A DNA stretch of 60,000 bases. It comes from Malacoraja senta (taxonomy: Eukaryota). Numbering within the stretch: the stretch's first letter is position 1; each line of letters begins with the position of its first letter. Both the position numbers and the translations under genes were made by a program. This document shows, piece after piece, positions 12,401-23,993 of the stretch. The notes below the pieces were generated by a model. It saw only the letters and a program-made list of their open reading frames with translations, was not told the DNA's origin and ran no database searches. The stretch covers positions 5,086,001 through 5,146,000 of the forward strand of contig CM075994.1 of NCBI GenBank assembly GCA_038087875.1, written 5' to 3'.

Positions 12401-14114
12401 GTGTTGGAGAACACATCTCGGCATTGTTTTGCCAACTCTGGTGGAAGTTTGCTGAAATACTCCTCTTGGTCCACTGTATACTTCTTCTTGCCTTTATCTT
12501 CCTCTGGACCAAATTTACTCCTTCTCTGATCCACACTGCTTTTCCTCATCTCATAATTAGGGCACATATAAAAATGATGCTCAGGAGTCTGTTCATCCTT
12601 GCAGATTTGATTTTTACACGGATATGCAGGTTTGCAGTATGAACCATCATCATGAACTTCAAGACACTTTTTGCATGCTCCCAACTTCTTTACTGCAGCT
12701 CTTTTCTCTGTCAGCTTTAGCCCTCGAAACTGCTTGCAGAAGTACAGCTTCCTTTTATGCTTTATGTCACCACGGACTACACAACTTGTGTGGTCATCTC
12801 CAGACGTGGTAGACTTGGTTCTGGCATGTCTTGGTTCAGTCCGAGTTTTCTTTCTACTCGGCTCCTCATCCCTCAGTTGCTCGAGCTGTTCGTATATGCT
12901 CTCCTGCTCTTTGAGAAATGACAAGAGACTGTCGAACCGTTTCTCTGGTGCCACAACATTCCTCTTGTCAGCTACATAAACCAGCCATTCCTTCTTGAGG
13001 GTTTCGGGAAGCTTGGTTTCAATTGATCTTGTCATCAGTGGATTTTTAATAGCGCCTGTGTCTCCGAGATCGCTCAAGTCCTTAAGCGCCTTTTCCACAG
13101 CTTGAATTAATTCCACTATTTTACGTGGCTGATGTCCTCTGACAGGTGGGATTCTCTGAAGCTCCTCCACTATCTCAATAGCAATAGCTGTTTGATTTCC
13201 AAACCGGTTCTCTAGGACACGAAAGATATCATCTACAGTGTTATAACTTGTGAGGCGGAGGTCTCTTGTAATTTTGTCCCCCAGACTGTCCAGCAATTGA
13301 ACCTTCTTCACCTCATTTGATCCAGTGGGTTCACCTTGCTTTTGCAGTGCTTCCCAATCCTTGCTCCATCTATAAAAGTCACGCTTGTTTCCAGTAAACT
13401 TAGGAAGGGCCGTGGGTCTAATTCTGATGGCTGGTGAAGGATATTTGAAAGCATTCACCGCTTGTGCTAATCCTTCAGCGTTCTTGTTTATTATTTCCTG
13501 TATGAAGTCAGCCTTCCTGGAAACCAGCTTGGGGACGAGAAGCTCGAGTGTTCTTAGGTGTTTATGGAAGCTCTCTTGCTCATCCAGTGGGATCTAACGT
13601 TTCCACCCACTGTACGTCTCCTTTGCAGTCTCTACCAGTTTCTGCAGGTGGTTAAGCATGAATTCACATGCTTCTTGGTTGCTAGTTGATGGTGCGGTGG
13701 CAGCAGCAAATTCACATGCACCATCTGCTGTCTGTAGTGAGGTGGATAATTCAACATTTCCAAAGTTTGCCCATAGAGTGTCCTGGATGAGCCTTTGACC
13801 TCTTTTAGTTTCGACTCACACTCCTTTGCAGTCTTTGCCAGGTTGGCTTTTTGCTGTTCAGTTAACACAGCTTCCTCATCTGCGCCCAGCCCCGCCTCCA
13901 GCTCTGCAATGAGTCCAGCCTCCACATCGTCATTGGCTTCCATGACTTTTTCGGCCTCTTGCATGAGTTTGTTGAAATTGTTCCTGAGCTCCTCTTCAGA
14001 CATTTCTTTATGGTTCCTAATGATGCTGTTAACAAGACGATAGAATGCCCGTTTTGCTGTTGTCCTCTCCACCTTGAGCTGCTCAGCTGACTTTCCAGCA
14101 ACTTCATCAGCCAT
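9460..14114 (-). pseudogene. BEL gag-pol polyprotein, frameshifted (gag with Cys/His knuckles, protease LIDLASDTNY, RT, RNase H)
   Basis: ORFs 13632-14114, 12364-13458, 11402-12424, 10328-11359, 10150-10365, 9835-10128 and 9586-9801. Confidence 0.92.
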
Positions 14115-14180
14115 GATTTATCTTGACTTAACTGTCTCTTCTCCAGGTTTCCAGCTCTCCTGGTCACAACGGTTTTTCAC

Positions 14181-15003
14181 TGTCAAGTCTTCTAATGTTT
14201 TTTGCAGATTCCCCGCTTGAAAGGGATTTGATTTATCTACCCCGAAATGATGAACTGGATTCACTCCGACCAAACACTTCTTTTCCACCTTTTATTTGGG
14301 CAGATTAGTCTTTAGCAGTTTTTAGCAGTTTTACTCTTTACCAGGTGAAAAACCTTTAGACACAAAGGCAAAAAATATACACATGACTGTAACCAAATAT
14401 AAATAACAGAAAATTACATGTTCTAACATTCCAACTCATAGCAGCCATTTTGTTTTGTTTTTATAATTTTCACATTTCTTTAAATGAAAAAGGCAGATAA
14501 TGCCCATTACTGTTACCAATTTCTTTAGCTTAATATCATATGAATCTTTACTGTTTTTTTAACACATTTTATCATATTTTTTTTAATGCAATTATTTAAA
14601 CTAACACCACACATATTTCTAACTTTATCAATCAACACGTTAGCCAGACAAGTTTCTCAGATATTAAAGGTTTGAACAGAGTCTCTGGGGCTGCAGTCTT
14701 TGGCTCAGTTCATTTAGAGTTCAGTCCTTACCGGCTGCCAATCGGGTCTGTAGAAAATTAGTCCTGCTTGCCTTTACTGGCTATCACGGCAGTCTTTTTC
14801 GGACAGTTCTTTTGATTTACTGTTCAAGTTTTGCCGCCCGCAAGTCTCTTCCGTCTTCTTTGTTGGCTTCTGGTGCTGTGTGCCCTTTTGAAAGCCCCGG
14901 GCAGACCTCGTCAGGCTGGGGTTCCGCCCACTTTAATCACTGTCTCGTGATTTCAATTTGCCATATCTCTGCACCTGTTCTTTCATTTCAGTTTGACTTC
15001 ACA
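14181..15003 (-). repeat. BEL 5' LTR
   Basis: Near-identical to 8542-9360, with scattered substitutions and small indels. Confidence 0.95.
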
Positions 15004-15699
15004 ATAGTATAAATTAATTTGTGATTCAGAATCTGCAGTATAATGCGTTTAATTATTTGTTTTATGTTTATATATTTCGAAAATATGGCATTGCTTCGAT
15101 CAAAGTTAAGTGTTTGAATGAATTTCAGATATAATCCATACACCACTGACACAGCCACCTCTGAAATATCTTAATGTTGTACATAGATGGGAGGATGCAG
15201 CAAATTGGTCACCACTCGCACACTGTTTTGGTCAAGAGCCAGCATGGGACCTACAATTTGAGGCAGAACTTACAGAAATGATGTACGAGGATGTTGGCAG
15301 TTCTAGATAATTATATTTAAAAGGAAACACTCATTATCCCGCGTTGCGTTCCGTTGAGCCTAACGGAAGAGCAGGAAAATGACACCGACAATGTTGATGT
15401 GCGCAGATAGGGGTAAAATGATGGATGTAATTCGCTCGGAAGTGCAATCATTGCAAGGTGTAGCTGATATAATAAAATTATCGGTAAGAAGAGCCAGAAT
15501 TTGGAGAAACATGTTGCACTGAAAGGACTGAGGTTTTCCAAATATCGTCGCCAGAATGGATGGTAAAAAAGGACACCCACACTTAACAGCCCAACAGTAA
15601 CCAGTGGAACAACTATGAGCGACAAAGCTGTGAACTGGTCAAAGGGAGTTATATTAATATTATCATTTTGGCCACTTCTGCAAATCACGACCATTCAAC

Positions 15700-15765
15700 C
15701 AAGTAAGAATTTTATTGTTCTGTCTGGGATATATGCCAAAAAAAATACCCTTGGCCCTTGACCTT
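15700..15765 (+). mobile_element. short decayed Rex1-type 3' tail
   Basis: aagtaagaattttattgttctgtctgggatatatgcc resembles the reverse complement of 5815-5855. Confidence 0.5.
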
Positions 15766-17119
15766 TGAAAAGTGTAAACTTTTAATTCATTTTCAATCCT
15801 CGTGTTGATGGTATAGAATCAAAAGTAATGCACAATGCCTCGCGTCCGACAATACATGGTCACAATGGCAGCACAAATTAGAAATTTCAAAGCGATGGGA
15901 GAAGGCGTGGAAATGGCAAAGATTAACACGATAATAATAAATTAAATGCTTTAGACTCCGTTCATTCCACGCTTATAAGTTAAATAACAATTGGGGTGAT
16001 TGAAAATTGAAACACTGAACGACTATGTTAAGTTTAATTTGGAGTAGGCGTTCATTTTAATTGCCTAAATGGCGAACGCAGTTTATGAAAGTGCATGGAA
16101 AACGCCAGTTAATTCAATAAGTACAATTTGTAGTTAATTGTGAAGGATAATTATCTGTCAAACGTGTTGTCGTATTTCTCTTACTAAAGAAAACAAATTG
16201 GATTACTTACCAGTACTGTCCGAAACATCAGATTTCCCTGAAACGTTATATATAAGAGGATGGTAAGCAACCATAACACGTGAAATGCAATGATTTATTA
16301 CATACGCAAATGTTTGTAAATGGATCTTATCTGAACGCATCTCATAAGAACACACGGAAAATGTCAATGATGCGTGGAGTGTTATATGGGCGGGTGTAGC
16401 CTTGATGGATATCTGATACCGTTAGCAGCTTCAAAGTGAAGACATTTTTCTGAACATGTTCCTTATGTATCTCGAACACATTGACGTAAGGGCAGAACAG
16501 CAAATAATGGAAAGTGCTTGATACTCGAAAACACACCGAATAGACACAGGAATATAAAGTTGGATGATATGGTGTTTGGTATGGTACTTAGGAGCTGATT
16601 CGTATTCTGACTATGGCGTCTATACCCTACGGTCACATTCTCAGTTTAAAGGGTGTGCCATTCAGGTCAAGCATGAGAGGGCAATTATGCACCTACCGGC
16701 CGCGAATCTTAGGAAATCTCCACTCCAGACAATCATCACTAATCGCACAGTTGAGCATACTTTCTATTAATGGTGGTGCGTTTAATATTGTTTTATTCTA
16801 TTAATGGTAGAGCATATAAAATCTCCCATCACCTTGACAAATACGTTCGGAGGAGGAGCATAAGAACCTGTGTCTAGCCTGGACGGACTGCCGTGGTGCC
16901 GAACAGGAGTCCAGCTCTCGCTCTTTTCCATCTTGCCCTCTTTAATAAAGGTCAGTTAATCAGTTCCACTGTTTGCAACTATGTATCTCTGGGTATCACA
17001 CTGTCCCTTGACAACAATCGTATATCAGATAAACTCCCTGCTTGAGGTTATGTGTCACCAGCCTGATGTCATGGTCTATTCTTGCTTCAATTCCGAACCC
17101 CAATCCCAGACCCAACATC

Positions 17120-17222
17120 ACAATCAGTCGGAAGACCTGCCCCGACCCGAAAAATCACATATCCATTACCTCCAGGTTTTCTGACTGGCCTGCTGTGTTA
17201 TCACAGCATTTCCTGTCTACCT
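17120..17222 (+). mobile_element. decayed Penelope-like terminal-repeat remnant
   Basis: Resembles the tctgaagaagggtctcgacccgaaacgtcacc...ctgctgagttactccagcatt motif. Related remnants at 18470-18612 and 47415-47495. Confidence 0.45.
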
Positions 17223-18736
17223 GTTCTTTATGCAAGTATCTCCAGTTAATTATAGTACGTTTTGTAAGATTTTGATTGGATCACGCAGGGTCCACATATG
17301 ATAAAAGATAATAGTAATGTCACATCTAATCTCCAACTCTACGATCCATACGCAATATAGATTAGGGAACAGGTAAATCTGATGGGAAAATCTTGCCAGT
17401 GAATTCTCCAGGTCAATCCTAGCACGATCTCCACATCCATTTGCCTATGGAATTCAACAGCATTTTCGTATATATTTCAGTTTCGTTTATATGGTATTCA
17501 TGTTGAGTAACATTTCTGACATTTTGTTTTGGATTGTGTTGCAAGAAATCAGTGGTTAAATGTTTTTACTTCGTGCAAATAGCGCGAACATAGTTTTTTT
17601 TTAATAAAAAACCGTTTCGATCCACTTCGTTGCTTAATTTCAGTTGCAATGTTTTCTGCAATAGTTAGCAATGACAAGCCGAATCCATCTCTTCGCTCTC
17701 TACTTTTAGAAGATAAGATCTCAGGAATGTTTCGTTCCCAATTCCCTGCTTCCTTGTTGCGGACGTTTTGTTAGTGGCAAGATGTCTGGCGATTATTTTT
17801 GCAGCTCGCCTGCATATTTGCAACGTTGTTTAAATGACTCCTAAATACTGTATTTTGTTTGTAACAACACATTCGTTCCCTTGTTAATTGTGCAATTCAA
17901 TGGTTTGTTTTACGCGCATTCTATATGTAACCACAACAACTGGAATTAAATTTTCCATTGTTTCTTGTGCAATATTGACTCTATATCATTTGTCTTAAAC
18001 ATTTACCGGAACCGCTGCCACCGCCTGCCTCTAAAGACAAATACAAATAGAAAACATATTGTTCAAAACGTTTACAATATTTTACGTTGGCAGGCAACAG
18101 GCGTTATCACCTTCACCAATGATCCATGATGGAGATGAATCGAATGGGGAATGTCACAGCTCATCTTACGCACGTGAGCCTGGCATATGATCCAAGAATG
18201 CATTTATTTCAATCTGAAGTGCACGTTTTTCGAATGCGAAATGTTACTATTACTGTATATTGACTTAATTTTGGAATTACATTTTAACGAAATTGAAAAT
18301 CGCACGAGAATGTCTTAATAAAATGTATATTTTCAAATCATTACCTTCTCCTACTTGTACAGGATTAACAAAAGCCGTTTTCAAATGCTGCCTATTTCAA
18401 ATTATGGTAAAATGCAAGGGAACGCACGTTTTCATCTGTTGCCAGAACTAGCTGTTCAAGATATATACAAAAAGATGTAATAAATCAGCGAGCCAAGCAA
18501 CATCTCTGGATAGATGCAATGGGTGACCTTTCCCCACGAAGGCCTTCAGCCTTCAGTTACTCCAGCTTTTTCGTCTGCCTTCGGTTTACAGCAGCATTTG
18601 ATATTTCTATCTAAAGAATTAGCAGCTGCGCAATCTGGTTAGATTATTCCTGGAACATGGTTTCATGATTCGGCCGAGGCATTCTTGCCGATGTGTGCCC
18701 ACCGCCTGTCCATGGGTGTCAAGGGAGAGGAAACAA

Positions 18737-20524
18737 TTAGTTAAGACAAAAGTTGGACCCTTGAAGACAGAAAAAAGGTGAATTTATTATGGGGAACAAG
18801 GAAATGGCAGACGAAATGAATAGGTACTTTTGATATGACTTAACTAAGGAGGACACAAGTAATCTTCCTGATATATGTGGCCAGAGGATCTGGGTGACGG
18901 AGGAACTGACGGAAATCCACATGGCAGGAAATGGTGTTGGATAGAATGATGGGACTGAAGGCTGATAAATCCCCATGGCTGGTGGTCTGCATCCCAGGGT
19001 ACTTAAGGAAGTGGCTTTAGAAATCGTGGATGCATTAGTGATACTTTTCCAATGTTCTATAGACTCAGGATCAGTTCCTGTGGATTGGAGGGTAGCTAAT
19101 GTTATCCCACTTTTCAAGAATGGATGTAGAGAGAAAACCTGGAATTATAGACCAGTTAGACTGACATCGGTGGTGGGGAAAATGGCGGAGTCAAATATAA
19201 AAGATGAGATAGCCGAACATTTGAATAGCAGTAACATGATCGGATCAAGTCAGCATGGATTTACGAATGGGACAGCATGCTTGACTAATCTTCTTGAATT
19301 TTTTGAAAGTTTAACTAGGAAAATGGACTAGGGACATTCAGAGAGTATTTGATAAGGTTCCAAAGATGAGATTATTGGGCGAAATTAGGGCACATGGTAT
19401 TGGGGGTAGAGTGCTGACATGGTTTGAGAAGTGGTTGCCTGACAGGATACAAAGAGTTGGGATTAACGGGTACCTTTTAGAATGGCAGGCAGTGACTAGT
19501 GGGGGTACCGCAAGGCTCGGTGCTGGGACCGCAGCTATTTACAATATACATCAATGATTTGGATGAAGGGATTCAAAGAAACATTAGCAAATTTGCAGAT
19601 GATAAAGTTGGGTGGCAGTGTGAACTGTGAGGATGATGCTATGAGAATGCAGGATGACGTGGACAGGTTGAGGGACTGGGCAGATGCATGGCAGATGAAG
19701 ATTAATGCGGATAAATGTGAGGTTATCTACTTTGGTAGCAAAAATAGGAAGGCATATTACTATCTAAATGGCGTCAAGTTGGGAAAAGGGCAAGTACAAC
19801 GGGATCTGGGGGCCCTTGTCCATCAGTCTATGAAAGTAAGCATGCAGGTACAGCCGGCGGTGAAGAAAGCGATGGTATTTTGTCCTTTATAATAAGAGGA
19901 ATCGAATATAAGATCAAAGAGGTGCTTCTGCAATTTTACAGAGCCCTAGTGATACCACACCTGGAGTATTGTGTGCAGTTTTGGTCCACTAATTGGAGAA
20001 ACGACATTCTTGCTATGGAGTGAGTGCAGAGTATGTTTACAAGGTTAATTCCCGGGATGGCGGGACTGTCATATGCTGAGAGAATGGAGCAGCTGGGCTT
20101 TTACACTCTGGAGTTTAGAAGGATGAGAGGTGATCTCATTGAATCATATAAGATTGTTAAGGGTTTTGACACGCTAGAGGCAGGAAACATGTTCCCGGTG
20201 TTGGGGGAGTCCAGAACCAGGGGCCACAGTTTAAGAATAAGGAGTAAGCCATTTAGAACGGAGACGAGGAAACACTTTTTTTCTCACAGAGAGTGGTGAG
20301 TCTGTGGAATTCTCTGCCTCAGAGGGCGGTGGAGGCATGTTATCTGAACGCTTTCAAGAGAGAGCTAGATAGAGCACTTAACAATGGCGGAGGCAGGGAA
20401 TATGGGGAGAAGGCAGGAACGGGGTACTGATTTGGGATGATCAGCCATGATCACATTGAATGGCGGTGCTGGCTCGAAGGGCCGAGTGTGCCTATTACTG
20501 CACCTATTGTCTATTGTCTATTGT
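18737..20524 (+). mobile_element. 5'-truncated CR1 LINE (RT to 3' UTR)
   Basis: LHPRVLKE, VPVDWRVANVIPLFK, NYRPVRLTSVVGK, HLEYCVQFW; (ctattgt)n tail. Confidence 0.95.
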
Positions 20525-21884
20525 GTGGCAAGCCATGTGCATGTATCGTAAGGGCCGGAGGCAGTGGACGATGATCCTTGACTCCGATTTCAGGTCCACA
20601 TATAGCAAATGTTCAATGGTATAAACCCGATAGCTTTCCCTACCGTAATCTAGCAGACGATTGGATTCGCACATTTGAAAATGCCCGACAATGAACCCAT
20701 CAATGATTTGTAATAACCTTAAAAACATGGAAATCGACAATATATTTGGAATCATGAACAAAACTCAGAGCGATAATTTAGTTATTCTATCGAATGGAAT
20801 CGCACTCCGCGGATATTGCCTGCCGATTTATATATAACGTTATTTGTTTTAGATATGAAAGAAAGCGCGGACCATAATTCCATTTGGTTTCTTAAATGTC
20901 TACTCATTATTTTCCAGTATGTTATTATTTCATCGTTTTGGCAACCGGCTGAAGTTGTACAAACCCAAATCAGCTACTTTTTTTTCCAATTTCTTGTTTT
21001 CTGGAAAGGAACATAATAGGTTAATTGATGATTTCTGATTCACGTTCTTGTATTGTATTATAACATCTGATTAAAGTTAAGGCATCGTCGGACACCATGA
21101 CTGTCAAAAAAGACAAAGAAAGCTGTCAAATTCATCACCGAAAAAATAAGTATCATGAAATTTTAAAGGGATGCTCGGATTGTGAAAAGATTTGTTGGCT
21201 ATCTCAAAAGGAAATTACCATCGTGTGAGATTGGTATATGCTGCAGCGTAATGAAGAAATGTTGGATTTTGATTTTAGATTGTGCGATAATCGCAAAGAC
21301 GGATTAAGGAACATAAAAATTCCTGTTGATAGCGAGGAAAACAAGATAATAAATTGGAAATGGATAACAGTTCGCAGCAGTAAAAGCCAAAGGGCCAGAG
21401 ACGACCACGAATTGATCGAGTCATGATAATCCATTAACTGATTGTAATTTCTCAGATAAAGTGATTATCTGAATGTATTTAATTAATTTACACAAAACAT
21501 CAATACACTTTTGTGCCGAGCTTTACGTGTACTACTCGTGATCGTGTGTTTCCACTCAACATTCCACAATCCTCACTTCAACACATCACTTTCAGATAAC
21601 ATGTTGGTCAATAACTCTGCAGAGGAACAATCAGAGGAACAACCAGAGGAACTTCGGTTAGGACGCAGCAAACAACAATGGCAGGTCAATAAAATCAATG
21701 ACTGCCTCTGTCCATTCCCTTGAAACTGGGGTATTGCAATTGTCCCGTTTTCTTCAAATACCATACACTTCAAAAACGACGAGGACGAAGCTTTCAGTTT
21801 AACTGTCATCCAATATACCGTCTCTAAATATTCACCCTTCCGACTGAGAGTGCATAACTGAGAGGAATATTAATAACTTACTGG

Positions 21885-22045
21885 TGATGGAGCGCAGGAG
21901 GATAAGGGGTGACATTATAGAGGAGATTTTATCCATAAGAGGAATAGATCGGGTAGATACCCAGAGTCTCTTGCCCAGAGTAGAGGAATTGAGAATGAAA
22001 AAGCGGAGGACATAGGTTTAAATTGCGGAGGGGGCTAGGGGGTTT
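21885..22045 (+). mobile_element. old CR1 3' fragment
   Basis: gcgcaggaggataaggggtgacattatagagg...gagtctcttgcccagagtag...ggacataggtttaa, typical of the CR1 ORF2 end. Confidence 0.6.
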
Positions 22046-23910
22046 AATGGAAAACAGATTATATTAAGCGATTCACGAATTTATCAGATAAAATATTGTG
22101 AAGAGCAAATACTGAAGAGATATGATTGCGGACTTGCTAATTGTACAGTCATTGAGCCGCATGCATGGATTCAACATTTCGCCTCATATTTTACTTCGGA
22201 GTCACGTGAGTAATTCCGTGAAGAAGCCCCGCCAGTCCGCATGCGCTTATTATGTCTGACGCACGGCGCACTGACGGGCTGGTGGGCGCAGCTCTTCCAG
22301 CGGTAAGTTAAAAATCCCGAGGTAAGTTTTAAACTTAGCTGAGGTCTTTTCTCCGGTCGGGAAATCTTGTTTACACGAGCAAGACCGCTATGGAGAAAAT
22401 GGTGAAAGGAAGGTCGAGGCGGTCCGCAGCGAGAACAGCTACAGAAACCCGTGCGAGTGCGGGTAGCGGGCGACCGTCCCTCTCGCCTTCCGAGTCACTG
22501 GCGGCACGGCCAGTGGCTTCCGACTTGGTGCCGGTGGAAGGCACCGTGGCTACTCCGCTGGGCCGGAAAGCAACCAAAAAATCTAACTGGCCCGTTGACT
22601 GATGAGTCGGGCCAGGAGGATGGTCCTCCCACGATGGATGCCGTTTTTGGGCTGCTGTCCAGCATGGAGCGCCTCCTGCAGAGGATGTTCCATCCAGAAA
22701 TGCTCGACGAAGACGAGCTTTATATCCACGGGTCTCCTCGGGGTCCCGGGGCAGCAGCACCTGTAGAAGGGCTGCATGATATCTCCCTCTTGGAGGAGGT
22801 GAGCACACGGTGTCATTTGTTTACTGACTCCGAGATCGGGATAGCGGATGAGCATACCTCCAGGCAAGGAGCCCAGGAGTTATGGGTGCCAAGCATGGCA
22901 TCCAAACTTGCCATACCTGCCGGTACGGTGGAACCACTGAATGAGAATCTGGCCGGGACCATAAATTACATGGTCTCTCATCAACTGCAAGACCTCACCA
23001 TGGAGGAAACCTCCAAAAAATACCAAAAACCGGTAATTGCACATCACTCAAAGTCCCAGCTGGGAATTATCCAATCTGGGGGCACATGGCAGCGGGAATC
23101 AGAGCCCAAGAATTAAGGCTCCAGAAGATCCTCAAGCTCCTAGCTTCAGGAATAACATCTTTTGCCAGGTCGGTGGATGGTGAAGCTCTGTCTGAAGTTC
23201 AGCAGGTTGCGCTTACACTCATGTGCAATGCACAGTTCGAAATCAACTGTTTGAGGAAGACTGCAATCCTGCCGATGATCAATCCTAAATTTGCAGCACT
23301 ATGCAAGACAAGCAGCGTGCAGCCACCGAATTTGCTGTTCGGGGATGACCTGTCAAAACAGGTCAGAGAATTAGAAGATGAGGCAGAAACATTTGGCCCC
23401 ATAAGAGCAAAACCGACCAGCAAAAATCCTCTCCGGCGGCAGCACCCCTATAAACGGTCCGCTGAATCGGGTTCAGGCAAAGGACCAAGCCGAGCCTTGC
23501 CAAGTATGCGCAGTTGGCTCACGCCAACATTACCCTCCAGAACACGAGGGCAGATGTTTCTACCAACCATGGAGGTAGGTGGCCAGTTACAACCTGGTGG
23601 GAGATTACGTTTGTTTTTCAATCAATTGTGTCGTATAACATCAGACTCGTTTATACTGCACAGTATACTAGGTTTTCGGATTGAATTCATTTTAAATTAT
23701 GCCCACCTACACAGCGTACACCTAGCCGGACGTTGTCTTTTTCACAACAAGAGTCCTTGGAGGTACAGACTGAGAATGAAACACTAGCTAAACAAGGGGT
23801 AATTGGGAAATCTTTTCATCAATCTCACCAATTTGTCTCTAATATATTTGCTAGACAAATGAAGGATGGTGGGTGTCGAACCATTCGTGATCTATCTAGG
23901 CGTAACTCCC

Positions 23911-23950
23911 AGCGACTTTGAGTCCTGAAAAGCGCTATATAAATAAAATC

Positions 23951-23992
<42 letters not shown>
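23911..23992 (+). mobile_element. L2 extreme 3' tail with (TAT)n inserted in DIRS RT (duplicate at 27265-27346)
   Basis: gcgactttgagtcctgaaaagcgctatataaataaaatc(tat)n matches the reverse complement of 38607-38668. Confidence 0.9.

Positions 23993-23993
<1 letters not shown>

Larger units (their letters stand above)
8542..15003 (-). mobile_element. BEL/Pao LTR retrotransposon with two LTRs, 5-bp TSD ATAGT, integrase deleted
   Basis: Direct repeats at 8542-9360 and 14181-15003 (TG...CA). ATAGT at 8537-8541 and 15004-15008. Gag-PR-RT-RNaseH order with BEL signatures (LNDLLMKGP, DIKQMY, YVDD, LYDPIG, FSD, DSQ, FFANRIGEI). Confidence 0.97.

Noticed and set aside
15317..15694. 125-aa hydrophobic ORF as a membrane protein
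   Set aside because: No recognisable motif. The hydrophobicity is explained by the T-rich strand.
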